Source: Anthoceros angustus (taxonomy: Eukaryota; Plantae; Anthocerotophyta). Taken from it: DNA of 64,000 nucleotides. The stretch is from contig MU008184.1 of assembly GCA_010909165.1 (NCBI GenBank), forward strand, positions 496,001 to 560,000, read 5' to 3'. Numbering within the stretch: the first letter of the stretch is position 1; every line of letters starts with the position of its first letter. Shown in pieces: positions 22,231 to 34,177 of this stretch. The notes under the pieces are model-generated. The model was given only the letters and a program-made list of their open reading frames with translations, was not told the DNA's origin and searched no databases. A program made the position numbers and the translations under genes.

Positions 22231-25200
22231 TGAAGGAGGTACGTGGAAGAATATATAATCGAGGATGGCAGAAGCAACTCGGGAGACGGGCTAAGGCTAT
22301 CCGTCAAGAATATCCAACAAGTTTTTGTTCACCAAATCATCCTCTATTATGGGTTCACCTACGGAAACATTTGTATGTGGATAAGAAGGCCATAAAAGAT
22401 AAGTTAATTGAATTGCGAGGGTTTATTCAACCAGCGAGTCAAAGTGCAACCGAGGACAACAAGAGGATGGTCGATGCCCCAAATAAGATGAAGGCGTGGA
22501 GTCAGCGAAGAGTAGGAAACACTGAATGATCCGATTTTCACGGCAATTGATGAGGTTATGCGTCATGCTCTATTCCCGTAGCAGTGCAAAATGTATGTGC
22601 CGGCACATTTCAATAGTGTACGCCCATGCTAGGGCTTTTGGTTGTGGCTATCCTCTATGAAAAGTTGTAGACCATAGATATTATCTTCCATTTTCAAGAG
22701 TTTGTGCTACCATAGAGAAGGACACGGGGGATCAGGCCAGGCCGACATCGCATTGCGGCATAATGTAAGGCATCATACGCTGAGCCGCAAGTGCATGTTC
22801 CTCAGGCCATGACGGCGGAACTAGTTTCACCGATCGCTTTTAAGTTCATCGATCGCAATGGGGACCGGAGCAGTCAATATATTTGCGACCACAATTGAGA
22901 CTGCGGAAGCCATCCCCACCCCAATCAAGTCTTTTCAAACCAACCGAGTTAAGGCTCGCAACTCCCGCCATTCGCAAGGGATCAGGCATGGGGGAAGGAC
23001 GCCGGCCGCGGCCCTTCCTCTCAAACCGCTTTCATACCCCGGCCACCGTCCTCAAAGTTCATCACCCTTCTTTTGTAGATTTCATTTTGCTCCATTTAAA
23101 AGACCGGCAATACCGGCAAAGAATGGCCTTTGTCATGGGTCTTAAATGCGGACCAATTGAGGTTAACTCTAACACCATAACCCTTCGCGTTGAATGGATC
23201 TTCTATCACCGGGTTCATACGAATTGTCACCCTTCTTTTCTCGCCTCAGAATTGACCCATACCCCAAAAAGTGGAGTTCAATGCCCATGTGAAACCCTTC
23301 GAGGATATATGTCACAAAACCCTCTTCGTGAATATTCACCCCCTTCGAAAGATATCGCGTTGATGCTGGAGGCAGCAAACAAGTCCGTTCGATCGAAGAG
23401 CCTGAGGGAGGACCCTAGGCGCCGATGGAGGGCCTTCAGTGTACAACCGTCTGAGGAGGTTGAGGGTGGTGCCGGAGGCTCAAGGGGAAGGAAAGTTGGC
23501 ACCAGAGGGCTGATTTGAAGGTGACGCTTAGAGGTCCTCCAACGGGTGGTTGATGTCGAACCTGAAGGACCGACGAGTGAAAGTAGTGGCTAGGATCATA
23601 GTCCACTGGAACATGCTCACCAAAGTGGACCACTTGGGCGCCAACCTCTTGGTGTTCCTGCATGTCCTCATGAGGGGCAAGCGGGAGGACTAGCTGAACC
23701 ATCTTCGCCCAGTATAGCATGTGGAGGCGTGAAGTGAACCAGCCCCTCCACTCCGGCACTGCCTTTCATCTTGCATGTATGGGGACACCATAAGTTCCTG
23801 AAGGAGGGGGAGGAGGAGCGTGCGCTCTGCCGGGGGCTGGCCACCTTGATAATTGCAGGGAGAGATGAGGAGGAGCAAGTCCTAGATAGCAGGCCGGCCG
23901 CGGACCCCAAGACCGGGCGCACACAGGAGGAGGAGGATTGGGAGGGCATCCCGGATGCCATCCGCTTGAGAGGACCCCTTCTCCCCCGAGGGAAATCTTG
24001 GAAGAGATCCCCCCGTCCCCTTACTAGTGACGGCACCGGAGGAGAAGGCCTTGGTGGCTACTACGACTGGGCTGGAGATGGTGCTGGTAGCTCCGGCGGT
24101 GATGAGACGAACCTCAGACCTCCTAGTAGAACCACGCCGGACCAAGACGGAGGGCCGAAAGAAGAAGAAGACAGCGCCCGGGTCCACCTCACACGGTGAC
24201 TGCCTACAGGTGAGCGATGGGCTAAGGCCAAGAGGCGCTTCTGACAAGCGAAGCCCAAGAGCAAGAGGGCATCGGCAACAGCAGCACTTGAATGGGTTCT
24301 TCCCCTCAGGAGGGGGAAGTAGTCACTCCAACCTCATTGGACCCTAAACGCCGAGGGCCGAGGAAGCTGAGAAGCGAAAGTACCATAGCAGGCCAAGGAG
24401 GTTGAGGTCCAAAGATGCAGATGGGCAAGACCTAGGGACTCTAATCGAGCCGAGGGCTCAATCCGGGTACCGCTCCTGCCAATACCCCAGCTCAGCCAGC
24501 GATCCATGATCCTTGGTTGGACGGGATGCTTTCGCATCCCCAGGATTTGAAGGGATTGAGCTTCGCCACTCAGTGGTGCAGTGGAAGAGGCGGCCGTGAG
24601 TCTTTCAGCCTGGCACGCGGATGGTAGCGACCCAGGAGCTCTCCAGCCGTGTGAGCAACCAAGTAGGAGGTAGAAGCCACCGATGGCGATGGTGAGCTCG
24701 CCAGGGCCGACGCAGCGGCCCAAGCCGTGCGTAGCGCAAGAGCTTAGCTAAGATCGTCTCGGAGTAGGCACCTGGACTACTGAGAGGGAAGCGAGGTCCA
24801 ACCCTCTCTGAGACCGTCAGCGTAGTTTTTCAACGGTATGCCGAATAAATAAATGGAACAGACAGTAGCAAGAGGTCCAAGCTTCCAGAGGCCCAAGCAT
24901 GGGAGAATTGAGAAGGCGCAACGTGCAACAGAGAAGGCACGGGCAACGCTGGAGGTTGGAGGGACAAGCGCGCGAGGGGAATCTGATGACGATGCAGTAT
25001 CCCATCAACAGAGCGCCAAGCCCTAGAGGCTTAGCTAAAGGAGGTAATAGGCGCAGAGGCCAACGCAAGGACGGATCGCGACCACTACCGCAGGGACCGG
25101 AACCGCTAGACGGAGGCGGCCAAAGCAACCACAGCCCGATTGAAGGAGCGGGACCAGGAGATCACCCGCCTGAAGAGAGACCAGGCGACATGGGAGCAAG

Positions 25201-26390
25201 CCCGGGCTGCCCATGGAGTGGAGATGTAGGAACGGCCGGGTGAGTTGACGGATCTCCAGGCGCAGCTCCAAGGCACCGAGGAGGTGCGGCAGCAAGTGGA
25301 GACAGAGAAGGAGACTTTGGAGCTACGGCTCCAGATGATGGAGGAGAGGAACGGGCTCCTCCAGGGCCGGATCGAAGACTTCGATCGAGAGGTGGATCGA
25401 CTCACCGCCTCCCAAGCGGAGTGGAGAAACCACTTGCATAAGAGCAAGCAAATGGACGGTTGACGAGCTGACCTTCGAGGAGGAACTCGAGGAGGCCACT
25501 CGCCTGGTCCATGTTCCTAGGGAGCGACTTGAGAGAAGGAGACTTTGGAGCCTGACTCCAGATGATGGAGGAGAGAACGCTCCTCCAGGCCGGATCAAGA
25601 CTTGATCGAGAGGTGGATCGACTCACCGCCTCAAGCGGAGGAAATCCTTGCAAGAGCAAGCAAGCTGACGTTGACGCCTGGGAGGAACTGAGGAGGCCAC
25701 TCACCGGTCCATGTTAGGGCGACTTGAGAAGGAGGTGGAGCGCTTGAGTCGACAAGGACGGACCGCGAGGGGAAGGAGGAGCAGGCTGGCGGTCGCTGCA
25801 GTGAGACGAGGAAGGAGATCCGAGTCGAGGGCCCAATCGAGGAGGCCTCAAGGCGGAATGGGAGAGGGAGCACGCTAGCGAGAAGCGATTGGCTCAAGAA
25901 CTGGCCAGAGGCAGCCTTTACAACCTTCCGAGATGCCGCAAGGGCTCGAGCTTAGAAGGGGCTGGGAGATGAGAGGATGGCTCGACCCAAGCCGGGAGAG
26001 CACGTCCCGGTCAAATTCTTGGAGCACCAATGGAGGCGAGAGTCTGCAGGGTCCCTCACGGACTCCAGTGCGGGGTTTTCTTGAACCTACTGAGGTGAGT
26101 AGGGGCCTCCCGTGAGGAGTCTCTGAGGAGGCCGGGGAGAAGAAGGGCCGGGGAGAGATCGCGGCAGCGACAGTGGCCTAGCTCAGGCGCCTGCTTTGGA
26201 GATGGGAGCAATGGCGAGGCGGAGCCGTCGGAGGAAGGGCAGCAGCTGGGCGGACAAGCCCTAGCGGACCAAGAGGTATGCTCTCCGGACCCTGCACCCG
26301 GGTTGGGGGGCATGGAAAGGAGTGGTGCGGCGGAAGAGGGGGCGGGGTTGAGGAGTGGACCCGTGGGGAGGGGTATCAAGGTCCGCCCCC

Positions 26391-26580
26391 TGTGAACTTT
26401 CCTAATGTATAGAAAATAGCGGAAGCATGAATTAGAAAAGATTAGAAAATTCATAGGTTAGGGGCCCTTTATAGGGGACCCGGGCACCTTCGTAGGGTCG
26501 CGATTATTCGCTAATCTAGCTAAAGTTAGCCTAACTACCGACTATTAGGCTAGGGTTATGTAACCTTACTAAACTTAACA
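26391..26580 (-). repeat. 3' LTR of the Copia element (190 bp)
   Basis: Direct repeat of 29578-29756; TG/CA termini; adjacent polypurine tract. Confidence 0.93.
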
Positions 26581-29577
26581 CTCCTCTTAAGGGTAACATA
26601 ATCCAAGCTATGACTCCTCTTGCCGGACGAACCTCAAGAGGCCCAAGTCAGATTTGTTGTCCTGAAAAGCGACATGACTTTGAAGCAAGCATCTCGAGAT
26701 CGCCTTCCTTCGAAATGAGAGTCATATACACCGTGTTCTCGCCTATTTATGCGGACGGGAGCACAGTGCTCCAAGGTAAGCCGAACCATCCTTCGAGGAA
26801 GTTCGCAAGTGCTTTGTCCCATGATTGGCGGCTGGTTCTCGCCTGCTCATCACCAAGTAACACCTCTCCTTCGTGAGTGCAGTGTCCACTTGGTGAATAG
26901 AGTATGATCGTTGCATATGTGGGCGATGGCTCCACTGCTCGTGTACCACCCGCATCCTAATGCACTGGTGTTGAGGCAAACCGCAAGTATCTTCACGGTC
27001 CTTGCCTTCACCGTGTTGGCGTTCCTCAACCGCACTGGCCGCCTCGACGTGTCGGCTCATGGCCTCCCGGCCTTCTTGTGCACTCGTGGCTCTAATGGCC
27101 CCGCACCAATTGCAGCCTCCTCGGCGAGGAGGCGCAGAGGTTGAGTCACCTTTAGTGAAATTCGCCTTGCCCTCAATTCCTCCCGCTTGAACGGTGGAAA
27201 GCGCCTGTCTCAGACGGCTTGGACCTCCCGCAGGCCGAGGCGGCCGCCCCGATACAGAGCGCCGGATGTCCTCCACCGCCGAGAGGAGGTTGAGCCGGTG
27301 GTGCAGTCGCCATCGCATCAGCCGGTGACGAAATGCGGTAAGAATCCGGGAGACTCATTAGGAGTTGAGCGGCGGCCGCCCTGGCCATCGTTGAGCCGAG
27401 AGGCTACCGCCTCGCAATCGCCGAACTTAGATGTGTGAGCCGCCACCGATCCGATTCTTCATCTTGAGGCGTTGAATTCGCCATTAATCGCATAAGGTTA
27501 GAACATTGTTAACGCTGTTTGTTTGATAGCTGGTCCCGTGATGGCGTAAGCCTCCGTAAGGAACTCCACCGGGCACCAGCTTGAGTCAAGTCCACCGAGT
27601 GCCACCGCAATGCCACGTATTCCACTTCGACATCGCCGCAGAGGAGGAGGAGTTGTAGTGGGGTCGCTTTGTAGCCGCCAACTATCTTCCAAACGCCGCG
27701 CCGATGAGGTCGACTTCATCCGGACCGCCATAATCGGATAATGCCGGCCGCTGAACCGGCCTTTTCCTTGATGTGGTCGGTGAAGATGGGTATGGCACCG
27801 GGGTCAAGTCGAGGTCCCGCCATCCTCGTTGGCGTGTTCAAAGAGAGTGAGCTCAAGCTATTTGGATCGGCTGGTCCACAAGGGAGTTGTAACTTGTGGT
27901 CATAAAAAGACGGGCCTAGGAGGCGGCGCCGCTCCTCGCTCCGGCCCCGCTTAGCCGCGCAGACGGTGGACCGATCCATGAGCTCGTCGCGGGCGGTGTA
28001 ATAGCCTAGAGTGCCCACCTCACGCCATCATGGTTACACAAGCTCAAGGGTCCATCCTCCATAAGTGCCGACAGGTGATATCTCGAGGAAGTGAGTATCC
28101 CTCTCCTCGCTTACTCTTGATTTCTTCCGTGAGAGTTCTCCCTTGTTGTGTCTTCTTTTCTTCTTCTTTTGTTGGTTTCTCCCTCCCTTTCTTTCTCCTT
28201 TAAGCTCATGACTTGCTTCCTCTTTTCTTCCTTTATTTCTTCTTCTTCTTTTCTTATGAAGGTTCCCGTCTTGGCCCTAATCGAGCACTAGGGTGCTTAA
28301 CTCCGGTTTGGATAGGAGCTACGGTTTGCAACAAAGTGAATTGGTGTAGTGGTTGGTGCTTAGTGTCTTGCCGGCGGTCGCGGTTCGATCTCCGTTGGCG
28401 CGTCTGAGTTTGCGGAAGAATAAAAGATAAGGGCCGGGTAGAAAGGCTTCTGGTGCAGGGCACGGTTGTCGGCCCCGCCGTCCACGCACGCCGAGCGCGC
28501 CGCCGAGGAGCGCGCCCCCTCGCGGGCGGGTGCGCTGTCCGCGTCTGTGGCTGCGTCCCTCGACCGCGTCCACGCGGTTCTGCTCGCGTCGCGGCGCTCG
28601 CCTCGGGGCCTCCGTTCGTGCCGCTCTGCTCCCGCCACCTGAACCAGTCTCACTTGCTGGGGATCAGGCGCCCGCTCCTCATCTGAGCTGCACCCAATCC
28701 CGGCCAAGGTTGGGGCGGATTGCGATCCATGGCGCTCCCGGATTGCGATCCATGGCGCTCCGTGCTCCTTCGCTCGGTTGGGGATGCACTTGAGTGGGCG
28801 TGTCTCGTCGGGAGATCCGGCCTGCGCCCGTCATTCCGATCTGGATGAGGGCGCCAGCAATGGCGGGTCGGATCAGGCGTGCCCGCCTCCTCCGCTCCTG
28901 CGCTCGGGTTGAGGGTTGGGAATTCCTCCATCCGGTGGCGGCGGAGGATCGATCGGCGCCTCACTTGCGGCTTACAATTGTTGGATTGCCTCAAAGATGA
29001 TGGAGGAGAAACGGTTCTCCTAGTGAATTCTGTGGCTCGTGCGTCTTCTCCCGATTCTTGAGTCACGGATCGGGCGCCCCCTCTGGTGACCTCGGGGCCT
29101 GTGCGAGATCCTGATGAGGCCCTCCTCGCTCGCGTGTTGGGGTCAATCGGCGGGAAGCGGCGAGGAACAAAAGAAGAAATGAACAATTTTTTTTTTTAAG
29201 CCCATGCCTCGCATGTCGCTAGATATGTAGAAAACTAAAGCAATTGTTCTGTCAAGTGGAGGAGGGGCGGTGGCGAACTCCCATCGAAACTCCGCTGAAG
29301 CCTAGTATGGATTAGTACGGTGGGGGACGGTCTGCATCTGATTTTTGTTGTTGTTGTTGTTTTTTCTCTTGATGGTATGCGGTCTTGGGGAAAGGGAAAA
29401 ACAAAGCTACCTATCCTAGAGACATAGGATACTAGTTTTTTTTTCCTTCTTCTCCTCCCGCAACAAGAGGACTAATCCTGGACTAATCCGAGTGAGAGAA
29501 AGAACAAGGGAGGGAGGGCGCCATGGGCGACCATGGCCCGCCCCCGCTGAGCCTCGGTGGACACAGGCTCGATACCA

Positions 29578-29756
29578 TGTGAACTTTCCTAATGTATAGA
29601 AAATAGCGGAAGCATGAATTAGAAAAGATTAGAAAATTCATAGGTTAGGGGCCCTTTATAGACCGGGCACCTTCGTGGGGCTGCTTAAACAACGAGCTAG
29701 GTTAGCCTAACTCGCGACTATTGGCTAGGGTTATGTAACTCTTACTAAACTTAACA
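29578..29756 (-). repeat. 5' LTR of the Copia element (179 bp)
   Basis: Direct repeat of 26391-26580; abuts the primer-binding site. Confidence 0.93.
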
Positions 29757-32700
29757 CCCCCAAGGTGAGAGGATGGACCCAGAGGTCCAGGCCCAGGAGT
29801 TGAGGACGGACCCAGAGGTCCAGCCTCCGAAGTTGAAGACGGGCCTAGAGGTCCAACCTCCAGAGTTGCAGGCGGACCCATTGGCCTTGAAAGGCAGAGC
29901 CCAGCCTCGGGCGAGACGGACGGTCCCTTCCCAGGCGGACCCGGTGGATGGGGAGCCCACCCAGGCGGAGGGACAATGTTGAAAGTCGTCTTGATGTCGG
30001 TAGACGGAGAAGACACGGTGGTGATAGCGGATTGTCGTGTACCTCAAGCGTAGGTGTAAGGTCGGTGAACCGGTCCCTGCCCGGAATGCATGGGTCAGGA
30101 TAATCAGTGCGCCTCACGCGCGGGGTTGGGGATGAGGGTGCGAGCGAAATGGTGGCAACCTTACCGTTGTAGACAAAGGTAGCCATGCATAAGGGCCCGA
30201 CATTCCTCTCACGTGTGTAGGTAGCTGGCAGTAGGGCCAGCCTTCGTGTTGTAATAAAGACATTGCCTTAGAGGTAGTATAAGAGGGGGGTTGCCGCCCC
30301 CATAAAGCGATTTTTCTTTTGGGGTTGATACCGTGTTGTGCATACTGACTCTTGTGAGCCAAGTGCTAATGCGATGCTCGAGTCACAGAGCGGGTGAACT
30401 ACTCCGGAGAGGACTATCCAGGTTCTGGTGACGAACCCCCGAACGCGTGGAGGTGATTGCAGGTGCTGAGGAACCGTGACCCTTGCTCCTCAAGGGCGAG
30501 ACGTGGGTGACAAGCGCCCGGGCGTAAGAGGCCTGGATGACCAGTATGTAGAGCGGACTTTGGACCGCTAGGACGTGGAGGTGCTGCGGCTCGGCATTTC
30601 ATCGCAGTGCACGACCACATCACGACGGACTACAGAGGGCAAGCGCAAACGATGAGAGAGGAGCGGATGAGAAGAGCCCCATACGAGGTGGATATGAGGA
30701 TGTGAACGAGTCCTTAAACGTTCGGTGGTGCCGGGCCTGTACGGTAGAGTTTGATATGGAACATGAAGAGGGAAGGTGAGCGGAGAATGCGGAGTAGAGT
30801 TAACTGTGAATGCGATTGGGCTCGGTGTAATCTCCTAGTTGGGCTGCGAGGGTGGTCCGCACCCCGGTTCGATTCGTCGGAAGGTTGGGCGGTACCTTGA
30901 GCCGTTCCTGGCACTTTCGAGTAGCTAGGCGATCGCCATAGTAGAGTCGGCCAGGGATCACGTCACGTCCGGTTCGCTACCCACTCTTGCAAGTGGGGCG
31001 GGCGGGGGAGTGGGGAGGGATGGGCAGCGGCGGGATAACGATAGCGCCGGACTAGTTATGATCGTAAGAAGGGTGAGGTCCACTACGCACCCTCACAACC
31101 AAGAAAGTCCGACGCCGGACTTTCCGGCGGTGGTACGGATCGAATCGGTCTACGATAGCAGCCTAGATTAATTATGGACAAGGAGTAGGTAAACAATAAG
31201 CGAACGGAGCGAACCATTCCCTTGGAATCGAACCCCATACTACACGATATGGGATCAGTATGCGCCAGACTGGTCCGTCAGTGAAAGTACGTCCACACCT
31301 GGCAACAATCCCTATATCATAGGGCTGTCCACACGCGTGAATGAGGAGGATCTCGAGGAGAATCATGGTAGGGAGGGCAAGGTAAAGATGACTTTCTCGT
31401 TCTCTCAGAGCTTCTTCTCCGGTTGTTGATGATGATGACATCCAACAAGTTTTGACATTGGGTTTGTCTCAGCTTTTATTCAAGTGCTGGAGTGTCAGCT
31501 AGTGTTGGGTCCATGAATCGGGGAATCACCTGGCTTTTCACGACATTGAGGTCTGAAATATCCAAGATCGAAGTAAAGATCTCTCCTACTTTGCATGAAA
31601 TTTTCGATGTGGGATATGCCTTGATAAGATTTGCTCCTTGGCATCTTAGAAGAATCAAACAATGTGTTGTTCCCTCAGTGATTGAGGAGGAGGAAGTACA
31701 ACTTTCTCTTGAGAATGCAGAAGCCAAGTATGCGGCTCTCATGGACACAAATACCTTGAAGGCTTACGTTGCCAATGAGAAGATGATGTTGAAGTTCTTG
31801 CTCATGCAATGTGGATGTTGCAGAGCAAGGAATTCTGCTGAACGAGAAGCCCTCAAAGATGGAAACGGTTAATTGAAGGGTAGAGTGAATCAAGAAAATG
31901 TCCTTGAAGCCTGTGTACGCAGACATGCAAAGTAAGGTTTGCTGAAGGTAGCCGAATTGGATATGTATGGTTTAATGGGAAGCAATCTGCTAAACATGAT
32001 TGGTTTTTCTCATTTATGGTGTTTGACATGTTGCTTGCAGTTAAGAGATCAAGACAACGAAAAGAGCAAGAATTACGTTGTTAGGCTATCTTGAGCTATA
32101 ATACTACAGCAACAGTTCAGAACTTTGAGGAAGCTACGTTGCTTAAGGATTACGGTCGTAGAAAATGAATGATTTTAAGATTTAGATTTTAGGTTTCTCA
32201 TATATGGACCAATTTTCTGTTCTCTGTTGTACCAATAAACGCACACTTCTCCAGTGTTGCACGATGCAACTGGCTTCGGAACGTGCTTCGGAAGGTTTGC
32301 AAGATTCCTTATGCTGCACTCTTTTAATGATCTCTTGGCAACATGAGTCTTAAAACATCTGTATCGTGTGCAGCTTGAGTGTTTGCACCCCTTGGATTTG
32401 CCTTCGGATTCGTTGCCACATCTGTCTCAATTGTGATGGTCTGCGCGGCAATAGGTTAGCGTTCAATAGGTAATCGGTCAAAGATTGGTGTGTGTAGGTG
32501 TAAGTACATGTACGCATCTTTTGAATGATTACCTATTGAACACTTACCTGCTGCTGCATAGACCCACAACAATTGAGATAGTCGCAGTGACAAATCGGAA
32601 GGTTGGACATTTGTTTTGAGCACATAGTTCTATGTGTAGTTTCAAATAGGATGATTCTTTCGCTAGTTAGACAGACATAAGCTGAATGTTAGCTTCAATT

Positions 32701-33647
32701 CTTAGATAATTTTGATCAAAACTGAGATTAGATGAGAGTAGATTTTTAGGATTTGTTGATCTTTTTGCTAATTTTCAGATAAAAATTTTGACAGTCACTT
32801 CATATGCATAGCTACTCCTTTCTTCAACATCATTATTTTAATGACGTTCCGCACATTTGCCAACACCACCATACGAAACTTCATTATTCACTCTGATGAC
32901 AACTCCACATATTTGCCTATCTTTTGTTATTAATATTATATCAGATGTTTATTTGATAGAATAAGAAAAATAAAAAAGTTGAAGGAAGATTTAAAAAAGT
33001 AGTGAAAGGAAAGTTGCTTTCTAGATGACCACCCATATAAAGTGTAATTATGATTAAATTTATGCATTTTTTCTTGATGGCCTTACTTGTAATGATCCCG
33101 ATCGGTGACCATCTGGTATTTGTAAAAGTGTGAGCATTCATTTGGAGTTTGGACAATCTGTAAGGGGCTACGGTTATGCAATAGAAGCGAGAATCATCAA
33201 AACAGAACATTTGCTTTCCCACAATGCACGGGGTACGATGTAAAGTAGCTTATAATTGAACATCTTATATGCCTTAGCGGCTTGCAAATCACGACTTACG
33301 ATGTGTATGCTTCAGTCAAGTTCATTGTAAATATCTCGTGTGAATTTCTGCCAAATGCGTGGTCATAGCTATTGTTGCAGCTAGTGGATATAGATGATCA
33401 AGCTCATGCTTCTTGCCACTCAATGATAAACCTTAGTTCAACATTGTAGGAGATTGAGATTCTATTGTGGCCTAGTTGATCGTGTATGTGGCTGGTTGCA
33501 TAGCTCCACAAAATATGTGGCAAGAGTTATCAGCCAAACTGCGTGCAACTACTTTGTCGGTTCTTAATCTAATAATAAGCTTCCTTGAAATCTACTGCTT
33601 ATTCATAAATCTATAATTTTTTAATTTAGACTCTTAATATAATAAGA

Positions 33648-33705
33648 CGAAGAAGAACAAGTATATTATAGTCCATTAAGACCCCATCATGGGACTTGGT
33701 ACTTA
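33648..33705 (-). mobile_element. Short antisense LINE 3'-tail fragment
   Basis: Its reverse complement resembles the tail at 58203-58265 (gtcccatgatgg...cttagtggac..aataaa plus trinucleotide tail). It lies between ~35-bp direct repeats starting at 33575 and 33769. Confidence 0.6.
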
Positions 33706-33994
33706 ACAACTTGTATCATGGTGTGCCTAACTACTTGTACAAGAGCATCCACTCCCTTTAGGCACCCCATAAGCTTCCTTGAAATCCACTACTTATTCAT
33801 AAATATAAATATAAATATATATACTATTATATAATATAATATAATATATATAGTACTCTGGTCACGTTTCTCAACCTCACCTTATTCACTCACTCACACT
33901 ATCCATGACTATATTTTTGGAATTGCCCAACTCTATATCAAATTTCTTCCACTCTCTTGGACTTAAAAAATGAAAGATCCCAATGAGTAAAGCA

Positions 33995-34177
33995 TGGGGT
34001 GGGAGAGGCTCGAACTCTCAGCCTAATAATTTTTCTTGGCTATGAGAAGAAGAAGAAGAATTTTATTTAAGTCCACTAAGGACGGATTTCTGTCATAGGA
34101 CTTGGTACTTAATGACGTGAGAGCTATAGAACATCGACAATGATACCCTATGCTCTAACCAATTGTACCAGCACCCC
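33995..34177 (-). pseudogene. tRNA-Met(CAU) elongator-type pseudogene interrupted at the anticodon by a LINE 3' tail
   Basis: Minus strand reads GGGGTGCTGGTACAATTGGTTAGAGCATAGGGTATCA, then a ~95-bp insert ending cttagtggacttaaataaaa(ttc)n, then CTCATA, a short intron-like spacer, and ...GGCTGAGAGTTCGAGCCTCTCCCACCCCA. Acceptor stem, A box and B box are recognisable. Confidence 0.75.

Larger units (their letters stand above)
14971..23351. mobile_element. 8.4-kb TIR DNA transposon, Sola-like (DUF7869-type transposase), with a divergent second gene
   Basis: Left end CTTGTGAAGGGGTGAATAT (14971-14989); the reverse complement of the right end reads CTTTCGAAGGGGGTGAATAT (ends 23351). Flanks are TTAT (14967-14970) and ATAT (23352-23355), an imperfect 4-bp TSD. 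Subterminal AAAACCCTCTT occurs at both ends. The host ORF rejoins when the element is removed. Confidence 0.8.
26391..29756 (-). mobile_element. Non-autonomous Ty1/Copia LTR retrotransposon (gag and protease only)
   Basis: LTRs 26391-26580 and 29578-29756 (TG...CA); 5-bp TSD CCCCC (26386-26390, 29757-29761). Minus-strand PBS TGGTATCGAGCC at 29566-29577 (tRNA-iMet type) and PPT at 26581-26590. Gag 'QLLMSLPDSY', knuckle 'CNWCG', protease 'WYTSSGAIAHICNDHTLF'. No INT, RT or RNase H. Confidence 0.92.
14810..31150 (+). mobile_element. Unclassified repeat element, copy B, interrupted by the Sola-like transposon and the Copia element
   Basis: Removing 14971-23351 restores 'PEYAKMNTA(Y)IALMLEAANKSVRSKSLREDPRRRW', homologous to copy A. 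Also 'HVWGHHKFLKEGE' at ~23774, a coiled-coil segment at 25245-25460 (locally duplicated to ~25740), and a 33-bp 'EVQPP.L' repeat at ~29775-29875 that continues across the Copia insertion. Confidence 0.55.

Noticed and set aside
31400-33500. Possible gene fragments (126-aa ORF at 31492-31872 with splice-like sites)
   Set aside because: No recognisable motifs or consistent exon chain, so I cannot support a call.
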